Origin: a virus
Lineage: Duplodnaviria; Caudoviricetes
Reading direction: 5' to 3' (one strand)
Virus record (IMG/VR): IMGVR_UViG_3300009151_000077
Location: 1 to 61,461 of that record
DNA length: 61,461 nucleotides
Both the position numbers and the translations under genes were made by a program. A model generated the notes under the pieces. That model worked only from the letters and a program-made list of their open reading frames with translations, did no database searches and was not told the DNA's origin. Of this stretch, positions 51,435 through 58,938 are shown piece after piece (position 1 is the stretch's first letter; each line of letters starts with the position of its first letter).

Positions 51435-51959
51435 TTACATTTTAAGCATTGTGGTCTCTGTCCCATCGTCTCCATGTTCTGGAAATTCTCTATTAAATTT
51501 ATCTTGATGTGTTTCCCAAAATCTAATGTCAGACAACCAAGATATTGAGAACTTTTCTAGTCCTGCTTCAATGCACATGTCGTAAACTTTCTCCGTATCT
51601 CTAGCTGTAGGGAAGTTCTTATCGAAGGAATACATGTCATTTAATACTTCGTTACGTCCTGTGTCATCTCCTACTACATAACCTCCACCACTTGTAGTTA
51701 CTAGTTCAACGGCATGTCGATTAGTTCTTGCCCATGCATATCTTTTATTAGACATGTCTTCTTTTGCCTTAGCTGTTGAGCCTTGTATAAAGCAAGCCTT
51801 AAAGGTTTTTAGTAACTCTACCTCTGTCATGGTAAAGTCTACGAGGATTGTCTCGTGCTCTAGCACACACTCTAACGTTACTCTGTTACCTACTATCTCG
51901 TGTACCTTGTGGTCACGACCTTGCATTTTTCTGTGGTTTACATTTACGATTGCTCTCAT
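51435..51959 (-). CDS. Early hypothetical protein (174 aa)
   Basis: Preceded by the repeated leader. Confidence 0.7.
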   Translation of the reverse strand: MRAIVNVNHRKMQGRDHKVHEIVGNRVTLECVLEHETILVDFTMTEVELLKTFKACFIQGSTAKAKEDMSNKRYAWARTNRHAVELVTTSGGGYVVGDDTGRNEVLNDMYSFDKNFPTARDTEKVYDMCIEAGLEKFSISWLSDIRFWETHQDKFNREFPEHGDDGTETTMLKM

Positions 51960-51983
51960 TGTTTCTAAGTTTTAATTGGTTAA

Positions 51984-52157
51984 TTAATCTTGACAAGCAT
52001 ACAACACTTGAATCAAGCTATCGTATAAGAACATCCCGTTGTATGTCTCAAAGCCAAATCGATTGATAGTGATGTCGCTGTCATTTAATTGTAGTGTGGT
52101 GTAAGTTCCCGTGCGTTGACCATAGCTGTCTTCAACGCATACATAGTAAGTTTTCAT
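51984..52157 (-). CDS. Small early protein (57 aa) downstream of hammerhead C
   Basis: Read manually (MKTYYVCVEDSYGQ...YACQD). Confidence 0.65.
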   Translation of the reverse strand: MKTYYVCVEDSYGQRTGTYTTLQLNDSDITINRFGFETYNGMFLYDSLIQVLYACQD

Positions 52158-52173
52158 GGTTTCTAATTTATTT

Positions 52174-52225
52174 GGTTAAGACGGCACGAATGCCGTTTCG
52201 ATTATTTAAATCTCATCAGTTAACC
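52174..52225 (-). ncRNA. Type I hammerhead ribozyme (HH-C)
   Basis: GGUUAA CUGAUGA GAUU-UAAAU-AAUC GAAA CGGCA-UUCG-UGCCG UC|UUAACC; complete core, three stems, cleavage between 52180 and 52179. Confidence 0.92.
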
Positions 52226-52228
52226 TTG

Positions 52229-52402
52229 TTACCATCCTCCATATGGCTCTACCTCTAAGTCGTTAAAATTCATTATTGAATCAGATAGTGACCACTCGTA
52301 CCATGCGACAAGCACATCGTTACCTAATACCTCAACTACTTCTCCTACTCCGTGACCATAGTTGAATTCTCCTACTATGTCTCCTACTTTTAATACGTTC
52401 AT
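52229..52402 (-). CDS. Small early protein (57 aa), SH3/KOW-like
   Basis: Read manually (MNVLKVGDIV...GVGEVVEV...VLVAW); stop is 3 nt before HH-C. Confidence 0.65.
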   Translation of the reverse strand: MNVLKVGDIVGEFNYGHGVGEVVEVLGNDVLVAWYEWSLSDSIMNFNDLEVEPYGGW

Positions 52403-52414
52403 AATTTCTAAGTT

Positions 52415-52597
52415 TTATTGGTTAATAAAATCTTGTGGGCTCATCTTGATCAAGTCCTCTTCTCTGAAGTTCTTAAGGTCTTGTAACTTGCTTCTATCTA
52501 CATCTATTATCCCGTGTACAGGGTGTTTGATGTCGTTGATGCCTACGAAGTTGATGTTACGAATCAACTGCTCTCTGATTTCAAGTTCTCTTGTCAT
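52415..52597 (-). CDS. Small early hypothetical protein (60 aa)
   Basis: Preceded by the leader; its last codons (INQ*) are the next leader. Confidence 0.65.
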   Translation of the reverse strand: MTRELEIREQLIRNINFVGINDIKHPVHGIIDVDRSKLQDLKNFREEDLIKMSPQDFINQ

Positions 52598-52624
52598 AAT
52601 TTCTAAGTTTTATATGGTTAATGA

Positions 52625-52732
52625 TTATCTCCAACCTCTTACACGTAATCGGTTAGTTCTTACTAATGTGCCCTCAAAGAAGAAGCCCCAAATCTCGAAT
52701 GCTCCCTCGATTCTAATGATTTTGCTAGTCAT
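52625..52732 (-). CDS. Small early peptide (35 aa) downstream of hammerhead B
   Basis: Read manually (MTSKIIRIEGAFEIWGFFFEGTLVRTNRLRVRGWR). Confidence 0.6.
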   Translation of the reverse strand: MTSKIIRIEGAFEIWGFFFEGTLVRTNRLRVRGWR

Positions 52733-52750
52733 AATTTCTAGGTTTTTATT

Positions 52751-52807
52751 GGTTAAGACAGCACCTTGCGAGTGCTGTTTCGTCTCATAAAGACTCATCA
52801 GTTAACC
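52751..52807 (-). ncRNA. Type I hammerhead ribozyme (HH-B)
   Basis: GGUUAA CUGAUGA GUCU-UUAUG-AGAC GAAA CAGCAC-UCGCAAG-GUGCUG UC|UUAACC; cleavage between 52757 and 52756. Confidence 0.92.
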
Positions 52808-52811
52808 TGTG

Positions 52812-52916
52812 TTAAAATGAACATGAAGTTCCGTGCACGATAGCATTGTAAACGACTACTGCTACTACTAACATTAAGCCTAAAGCAAATGTTAAGGGGG
52901 CTGTTAAGTTTTTCAT
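52812..52916 (-). CDS. 34-aa single-TM peptide flanked by hammerheads A and B
   Basis: Read manually (MKNLTAPLTFALGLMLVVAVVVYNAIVHGTSCSF). Confidence 0.6.
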   Translation of the reverse strand: MKNLTAPLTFALGLMLVVAVVVYNAIVHGTSCSF

Positions 52917-52933
52917 TGTGTTAGGTATTTGTT

Positions 52934-52983
52934 GGTTAAGACGCCTCACGGCGTTTCGGTCATTAAGACCTCATCAGTTAACC
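52934..52983 (-). ncRNA. Type I hammerhead ribozyme (HH-A)
   Basis: GGUUAA CUGAUGA GGUC-UUAAU-GACC GAAA CGCC-GUGA-GGCG UC|UUAACC; cleavage between 52940 and 52939. Confidence 0.92.
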
Positions 52984-53200
52984 TTGTTGCAAGCCACGTG
53001 AAACTGCTTGCCCTCTATTAATCCCTACTAGTGTTGTTATTCTAGTGGTTCCGACACACAACCACCCGAGTAGTGTATTGTGTGCCCTAGGTATGTCCTA
53101 GTCTTGTGCTATCTTATTGACCTCCTCACCGATTGCAGTCTCAAATAGTATCGTATGTCAAATTGTCATGGTGACCTCTCGTCAGCTGAGCCGTTGCCCT
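52984..53200 (-). ncRNA. Putative structured non-coding leader of the early transcript
   Basis: No ORF; at least four hairpins (52989-53011, 53027-53046, 53053-53086, 53087-53101). Confidence 0.4.
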
Positions 53201-53203
53201 CTG

Positions 53204-53211
53204 CAATACTA
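53204..53211 (-). promoter_or_regulatory. Candidate early promoter -7 element (TAGTATTG)
   Basis: One mismatch to TAnnTTTG, with A-tracts upstream; no clear -33 TTTG. Confidence 0.3.
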
Positions 53212-53717
53212 ATGCTAAAACTTTGAATAAGTAACACTTTTTTTGAAAGTTTTTTTTGCTTGACATGTTAAAACAGCGGATTATTTGTTGCATTGCTTTG
53301 ATAATCAACACGTTACACGACGAAAAAAAAGATGAAAAAAGTTTGTTTTTTTTTGTTACGTGATGATATAACCTCCCCTATGAAGACATGAATTGCTATC
53401 AGATTGGCTTTCCTGTTGGCTCGATTGGTCGCTCGATTGGTCGGTCGGTCGGTCACCTTGTCAGTCATTCTATTTAACATAATGCAAATTATATGACAGC
53501 CTCATCGAGCAGTCGAGCGGACGGCAGGCTTGTTACCTGTGTAATATACAGCACAGGAGGGCGGACGGGGTGACCATGGAAAAGCTAGAAAATCCGACCT
53601 CAATTTCTGAAAACGGAGACCCCCCCCTTCGATTGGAAAGCGTTTCCCCCTAGCGAGCGATCACGTCAGATGGGGGTATTACCCAAAACCTATGAATATC
53701 TAACCCCAAATTTTTAA

Positions 53718-53745
53718 TATCTTTGTAAAATAAATAGTATATTTG
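53718..53745 (+). promoter_or_regulatory. Tandem -7 elements TATCTTTG and TATATTTG
   Basis: Two TAnnTTTG copies at the start of the + strand gene block. Confidence 0.6.
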
Positions 53746-53749
53746 TATC

Positions 53750-53887
53750 ATGAAGATATACATAGAAAATAGGTTACCATACGGCTTAAATTTAGGAATA
53801 GAATTATTCCAACCTGACGATCTATTTGACGAGTATGAGCTTGAGATTAATTTGTTAATAATAAAAATAGTATTAGTATGGCACTAA
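53750..53887 (+). CDS. Small hypothetical protein (45 aa)
   Basis: Read manually (MKIYIENRLPYGLNLGIE...VWH). Confidence 0.5.
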   Translation: MKIYIENRLPYGLNLGIELFQPDDLFDEYELEINLLIIKIVLVWH

Positions 53888-55416
53888 AGTTTGGAAGAAA
53901 GACTGGAATTACATCATATGTTGATGGTAAAGGTCAGGTACATTATACCGAAGAAGAGTATGATGCATATCAAAACGCAGTATCTGCGGAGAAGCAAAGA
54001 AGAAGTGATTATGACGCAAGTGTTTCTAGCTACCAAAGTGCTCTTGATTTATATGAGAACGGTCCTAAAAAAACTCCATCGGCTACCGAAGGTATTAAAC
54101 TTAAAGGAAAGTCAAAAGGCAAAGATATTGCTTTTGAAGAGGGTCAGGCTATAAGTCCAAAGGAACAGAATAGAATTATGGATGAGCGTATAAAATCTGG
54201 AGAATATGTAAAACTAAGTGATAAATCAATAGACCCTACCACTAGGTCTTATATGTCTCAGATGACAGGTGTTTTTGGAAAAATGGATGCTGCTGATTAT
54301 GATTCAGAATCTTACGTACCAAAAGGAACAAAGGTAAATAAATGGTCAGATGTATATGGTGAAAACTTTAATCCTGTTGAGTTTCACAAAGCAGGAAAAG
54401 AGGGAAACCTGGATGAGTATATGAAGAAAAATAACCTTAAAGAAGGACAATTTTTCATGCCAAATATTTCACCTCAACGTAAGTATAAAACTCCAAAAGC
54501 TCCTGGAAAGTATGTAGAGAATCCTCCTATTAAGGACATAAGTCCAGACGCTGTTGACTGGAAGCCAATGGCTAATATGCCTGCTAAGAAAGCTTTTATA
54601 ACTCAAAAAACAGGTAATCTTAAAGGAAGTCCTACTGCTCCAGAAGAGTGGTCTTCTCCCATTTTGAAAGAGAGATCTAAAACAAAGGGTACTAGATTAT
54701 ATCAAGAAAAAAATGGTTTGCGTGCTGGAATGACTAATGCGGCTACTGTAGGTAAATCTAAACCTAATAAATTACAATATAACAGAGAAGCAAAAACATC
54801 AGCCGCGTACTTTGGAAATAATGTATTTGAAGGTGAAGTAACAGGTAAGAATGCTTCGGAGTTAAAAGACATGAAAAAGGCTACAAAGCAGACACGTAAT
54901 GAAGCTTTAGCTCGTGGCAGTTTTAATAGTGCTATTGAGCTTCAAAAGGATGTTAAGCAATTAAGACGTGCTGGAGAATATGCTAATAAAGGTGGTATTG
55001 CAAAACAATACGGAACTGGTAAAATAATTGAAGGTCAAGACTCAAAGTTAAAATACTTTACTCCTGAATTAACAAAAGGAGTTAAAAACGAAAGAGGTGT
55101 TGTTGAGCGTGATCCTGGAGCTATGGCTGGTTACAAAGAAGCTCAAGCATACAAAAAACAGCAAGTTTTTTCAGAAGGAATGTCAAACTTTAAAAGCTCA
55201 ACTGATAATATGGCGAATGCAAATAGTATGAGAAAGAAACAAGAATCATTATCTGGAACTGATTCATTTATTAATCCTACAAGAGCCATAAAGATGGAAA
55301 CAAAAGCTTCAAATTCTGGCATGACCAATAGAGAGGCAGGTAAAATTGCAAGATCACAAAGAAAAGAAGAGATAAATATCATGAAAGCTCTTGATAAAAA
55401 GATGAAAATAAACTAA
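53878..55416 (+). CDS. Lys-rich, probably disordered hypothetical protein (512 aa)
   Basis: Long ORF followed by a terminator; no recognisable domain. Confidence 0.7.
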   Translation: MALKFGRKTGITSYVDGKGQVHYTEEEYDAYQNAVSAEKQRRSDYDASVSSYQSALDLYENGPKKTPSATEGIKLKGKSKGKDIAFEEGQAISPKEQNRIMDERIKSGEYVKLSDKSIDPTTRSYMSQMTGVFGKMDAADYDSESYVPKGTKVNKWSDVYGENFNPVEFHKAGKEGNLDEYMKKNNLKEGQFFMPNISPQRKYKTPKAPGKYVENPPIKDISPDAVDWKPMANMPAKKAFITQKTGNLKGSPTAPEEWSSPILKERSKTKGTRLYQEKNGLRAGMTNAATVGKSKPNKLQYNREAKTSAAYFGNNVFEGEVTGKNASELKDMKKATKQTRNEALARGSFNSAIELQKDVKQLRRAGEYANKGGIAKQYGTGKIIEGQDSKLKYFTPELTKGVKNERGVVERDPGAMAGYKEAQAYKKQQVFSEGMSNFKSSTDNMANANSMRKKQESLSGTDSFINPTRAIKMETKASNSGMTNREAGKIARSQRKEEINIMKALDKKMKIN

Positions 55417-55434
55417 TAAAATAAAATTAACAAC

Positions 55435-55462
55435 AAAACCCACTTTAATCGGTGGGTTTTTT
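55435..55462 (+). terminator. Rho-independent (possibly bidirectional) terminator
   Basis: AAAACCCAC...GTGGGTTTTTT. Confidence 0.75.
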
Positions 55463-55484
55463 GTTTTATATGCTAAAATTTTAT

Positions 55485-55492
55485 TAAATTTG
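55485..55492 (+). promoter_or_regulatory. -7 promoter element TAAATTTG
   Basis: TAnnTTTG upstream of groEL. Confidence 0.55.
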
Positions 55493-55508
55493 ACCAAAAT
55501 ATAATAAA

Positions 55509-57068
55509 ATGATAGTAAAACAAGTGCATTTTGGCGATGAGGGCCAAAAAAAGTTGAAAAACGGAATCAAAATTATCGCTGGGGCGGTAAAGAGCACCTT
55601 AGGTGCAAGAGGTCGGACTGTATTAATAGAGTCTGAGCACCATGTAGGTGGTTTAACAGTCACGAAGGACGGTGTAACGGTCGCAAAGTCGATCAACCTG
55701 TATGACCCAACTGAGAACCTGGCTGTAATGATGATGCGTCAGGCGGCAGACAAGACGGCAACTGTAGCTGGTGACGGTACAACAACATCAATCGTGTTAG
55801 CTGAGGCTATGATCGACTCTGCTGACAAGCACATGGGATTCAATGAGAACGTTATCGAGGTGATCCGTGAGATCAATGACATTACGGGAACAATTGTATC
55901 TAGACTTGAGAAGATGAGCAAGAAGGTGAGTGGCAAGAAGTTATTTGACGTGGCATCTATCAGTGCAAACAACGACAAGCAGATCGGTAAGATGATCTCT
56001 GATGCATTTAACGAGGTTGACATGGTAACTGTTGAGAACAGCATGAACTCGGAGACACATGTAGAGATTATTAGCGGAATGAAGATCGATCGTGGTTACA
56101 CATCGAAGTACTTCATCAACGAGCAGAAGAAGCAGGAGTGTATACTTGACAACCCATACATTTTAATTACAGATCACGAGATCAACAATTTATCCAACTT
56201 AGAGGCTATCTTAGCACCAATTGTAAGCCAAGGCAGGTCGTTATTGATCATCGGTACACTTGGACCAAACGCAATGAACACATTAAATGTGAACGTGGCA
56301 CAGGGCAAGATCAAGGCTTGTAACATTATCCCCCCATCGTTTGGATACAGGAAGAAGGACCTACTAGAAGATCTAGCTGTAGCACTTGGAGGTACGTACC
56401 TATCTGAGGACACTGGAGACGACTTAACGCTTGTTACTATGGCTGACTTAGGTAAGGCATCGAAAGTTGTTGTGAAGAAGAATATGACAGTATTTATGAA
56501 TGTCGCTGAGGTTAAGGAATCTATCGACATGAGGGTTGCTGACTTGAAGCATCAGATATGGGAGACAACTGACGCAAACGACAGAGAGTTCTTAAAGCAG
56601 AGAATTGCAAATATCTCTGGCGGTGTTGGTGTTATCTACGTTGGTGCGTTGAGCGACATTGAGCAGAAGGAGAAGAAGGACAGGATCGATGACGCTGTGT
56701 GTGCTGTTACTGCTGCGATGGACGAGGGTATATTACCTGGTGGTGGTATTGCATTACTTAACTGTATGGATTTGGTTATGGGTGACAGTGTTGCACAGAA
56801 CATTATGTTCGATATGTTGAGCTCACCATTTGATCAGATACTTTTAAACGCAGGCAAGGACCCATCGGCTATTAAGTTAGAGTTAGAGGGATTAGGCTTT
56901 GGTTATGACGTTAAGAACGAGGTATACGGAGACATGATGAAGATGGGTATCATTGACCCAACGAAGGTTACCAAGAACGCACTACTTAATGCTGTATCTG
57001 TGGCAACAACAATTATGAGTACAAACGCAATTATAACAAACATAAGAGACTATGAAGGTTCTAAATAA
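55509..57068 (+). CDS. groEL: Phage chaperonin GroEL
   Basis: VTKDGVTVAK, AGDGTTT, DRGY.S.YF, GILPGGG and GIIDPTKVT motifs; no GGM tail. Confidence 0.95.
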   Translation: MIVKQVHFGDEGQKKLKNGIKIIAGAVKSTLGARGRTVLIESEHHVGGLTVTKDGVTVAKSINLYDPTENLAVMMMRQAADKTATVAGDGTTTSIVLAEAMIDSADKHMGFNENVIEVIREINDITGTIVSRLEKMSKKVSGKKLFDVASISANNDKQIGKMISDAFNEVDMVTVENSMNSETHVEIISGMKIDRGYTSKYFINEQKKQECILDNPYILITDHEINNLSNLEAILAPIVSQGRSLLIIGTLGPNAMNTLNVNVAQGKIKACNIIPPSFGYRKKDLLEDLAVALGGTYLSEDTGDDLTLVTMADLGKASKVVVKKNMTVFMNVAEVKESIDMRVADLKHQIWETTDANDREFLKQRIANISGGVGVIYVGALSDIEQKEKKDRIDDAVCAVTAAMDEGILPGGGIALLNCMDLVMGDSVAQNIMFDMLSSPFDQILLNAGKDPSAIKLELEGLGFGYDVKNEVYGDMMKMGIIDPTKVTKNALLNAVSVATTIMSTNAIITNIRDYEGSK

Positions 57069-57309
57069 ATATATCATCGTTGACAAATTAGTAGAAAAGA
57101 AGACCACATCTAGTGGTCTTTTAATGAGTGGAGACGAGTACAAGGACATGCGTTACCAGTACGGTAAGGTAATTAATTATGGTCCACTAGTGTCGGGTAT
57201 TGAGGTAGGGGACAAGATCATGTTCGACCGAGTAGCTGGTCACGAGGTAATAATAGATGAAACTAGAATGTTCATTCTTCAGGAGAAGGATGTTGTTTGC
57301 ATTCTCTAG
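57052..57309 (+). CDS. groES: Co-chaperonin GroES
   Basis: TSSGLL mobile loop, G.V...G, VGDKI; overlaps the end of groEL. Confidence 0.85.
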   Translation: MKVLNKYIIVDKLVEKKTTSSGLLMSGDEYKDMRYQYGKVINYGPLVSGIEVGDKIMFDRVAGHEVIIDETRMFILQEKDVVCIL

Positions 57310-57781
57310 CTTCTTTATTAATTCTTTTTATTGCTATGGCTAGGGTTTTCTGTGCAAATGTAGCGTTCGGTCGAAATACAATATTTCTCCTTGGCGATTC
57401 AGGTATAGGCTCTAGCCCTAGTAATTTTCTATAGATACTTGCTATCATCTTTTTACCTTTGAATGATACCTCGTACACATCAAACTCACCCTTCTTTCTT
57501 TCTCTCCACTTTGAGATAAATCCATCACGGAGCAGCTTGTCAAATCTAGCACGATCCCAACTCATAAACTTAGCGTACTCTTGGAACTTGGCTCTAGTAA
57601 ACAATTGCTCTGTATATAGAAACATCAGCATGTCTATGTCTGCCTGTGACTTTATACCGTAGTTGTGTATAGCCCACTTACGTATTATACCCCAGTTCTT
57701 TAAAAAATCAAATCGAGCATCTCGTCTCTGATAAATTTTATCTGGTCTTTTTCTTATTACTTTTTTTATTTTTGGAATCAT
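57272..57781 (-). CDS. Winged-helix (MarR-like) DNA-binding protein
   Basis: DIDMLMFLY...LLRDGFI...YEVSFKGK pattern; lone minus-strand gene in the late block; start uncertain (57781 or 57808). Confidence 0.5.
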   Translation of the reverse strand: MIPKIKKVIRKRPDKIYQRRDARFDFLKNWGIIRKWAIHNYGIKSQADIDMLMFLYTEQLFTRAKFQEYAKFMSWDRARFDKLLRDGFISKWRERKKGEFDVYEVSFKGKKMIASIYRKLLGLEPIPESPRRNIVFRPNATFAQKTLAIAIKRINKEARECKQHPSPEE

Positions 57782-57812
57782 TTGATTATATTTGTATTTT
57801 AAAAGCAAAGTT

Positions 57813-58157
57813 ATGAAAAATAGAAAGACAATGGCAACTACTGTAGTCCCTATTAGAGAAAAAAAAATGATTTCTCCAATGGAGTCTTATATGTCGGAAA
57901 GCGAAAGATTAAATGCTATACCATTTAAGAACTCTTCAATTAACGTATTTGATAAGAAACGTTACGATATATCTAGAGAATTTGACGGACAGGAAGTGGA
58001 AGGTACATTAAGTGTTAGACCTACACTATCTGGAGGAACTATGCAGACAGAGAGATTTGATATGCCTGGTGGAGGAACTAATATGTCAAGAACTAGAATG
58101 AACGATATGGGTGAACCTATGAAAAGGGTTGTAAGAGATAAGAAAATTAATCAATAA
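57813..58157 (+). CDS. Hypothetical protein
   Basis: TATATTTG at 57787-57794 upstream; contains IPFKN and RPTLSGG. Confidence 0.6.
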   Translation: MKNRKTMATTVVPIREKKMISPMESYMSESERLNAIPFKNSSINVFDKKRYDISREFDGQEVEGTLSVRPTLSGGTMQTERFDMPGGGTNMSRTRMNDMGEPMKRVVRDKKINQ

Positions 58158-58168
58158 AATACATAATT

Positions 58169-58777
58169 ATGAACAACAGGGAAATAAAAACTACTACAAA
58201 GATGGATGGTAATGATAATCCAACCGTTGGTACTGAATTAATTCAAAAATCTAGACCTAGACTTTTAGGAGGTAAAGTATTTGAAAATCAATACATTGAT
58301 AGATCATCAAATAATATGAAATCAGAAAAAACCGTAGTTGGCGGTAAAGGTAATATTATTTCTAGTCAAGTGACTGATTATAATAAAATTCCATTTAAGA
58401 ATAAGGCAATTGATGCTATTAATCGTGTGGATAGACACATAGGAAATTACTTAAATACAGTTGCATATGAAACAGCAAAAGAAATTAAAAATGCTGTACC
58501 AACATTAAAAACTGCAGCACATAGAGTAAAAAATATGGTTGATAAAAATCAATACAAAAAGGGAGATAATGTTTATATTGGATCTGGAAATCCAGATGTT
58601 CCTTGGGAAGGTGATCAAAAAAAATCTAGCAGACCTACATTATCTGGTGGAGACATTAGAAGAGACGTTATTAATATGGGTAATGGTAATAAAAAAATAA
58701 TTAAAACAAAATTTGATCAAAATCAAGATATTGTAAAACAAGTTACTAAACAAAAAAAAACAATTAAAAACAAATAA
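58169..58777 (+). CDS. Basic hypothetical protein, partly paralogous to the preceding ORF
   Basis: Contains RPRLLGG, IPFKN and RPTLSGG. Confidence 0.6.
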   Translation: MNNREIKTTTKMDGNDNPTVGTELIQKSRPRLLGGKVFENQYIDRSSNNMKSEKTVVGGKGNIISSQVTDYNKIPFKNKAIDAINRVDRHIGNYLNTVAYETAKEIKNAVPTLKTAAHRVKNMVDKNQYKKGDNVYIGSGNPDVPWEGDQKKSSRPTLSGGDIRRDVINMGNGNKKIIKTKFDQNQDIVKQVTKQKKTIKNK

Positions 58778-58779
58778 AA

Positions 58780-58938
58780 ATGAAAGCAAAAGCAAAAATG
58801 GTTACAGAAAAAAAGACTGGAGAGAAGTATGCTAGCAAAAAAGCTGAAATTAAGCACGAAAAAACTGAGTCTAAGAAGGAAATGGTTAAGGAGTACGGAA
58901 TGAAAGCTGCATTAGCTAAAATGACTAAGCGTAAGTAA
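58780..58938 (+). CDS. Small Lys-rich protein (52 aa)
   Basis: Read manually (MKAKAKMVTEKKTGEKYASKKA...); coupled to the next ATG. Confidence 0.6.
   Translation: MKAKAKMVTEKKTGEKYASKKAEIKHEKTESKKEMVKEYGMKAALAKMTKRK

Larger units (their letters stand above)
50053..52939 (-). repeat. About 12 copies of a start-associated leader, consensus TTAACCAATAAAAC(C/T)TAGAAATTATG
   Basis: Seen before ATGs at 50055, 50297, 50474, 50710, 50929, 51199, 51959, 52157, 52402, 52597, 52732 and 52916. Confidence 0.85.

Noticed and set aside
50053-52625. Trans-cleavage of ribozyme-less leaders by the hammerheads
   Set aside because: Those leaders lack a consistent NUH triplet and any stem III complement upstream of UUAACC
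52362-52790. 142-aa + strand ORF and other antisense ORFs in the track
   Set aside because: Shadow frames opposite better-supported genes; their apparent repeats (IISKFY) are just the reverse complement of the leader
50053-52939. Repeated leader as a CRISPR array
   Set aside because: Repeats are degenerate, spacing is 100-750 nt, the intervals are ORFs and no cas genes are present
53140-53192. CUGACGAG on the minus strand in the early leader as a hammerhead
   Set aside because: No GAAA after a closing stem II and no convincing stem I or III
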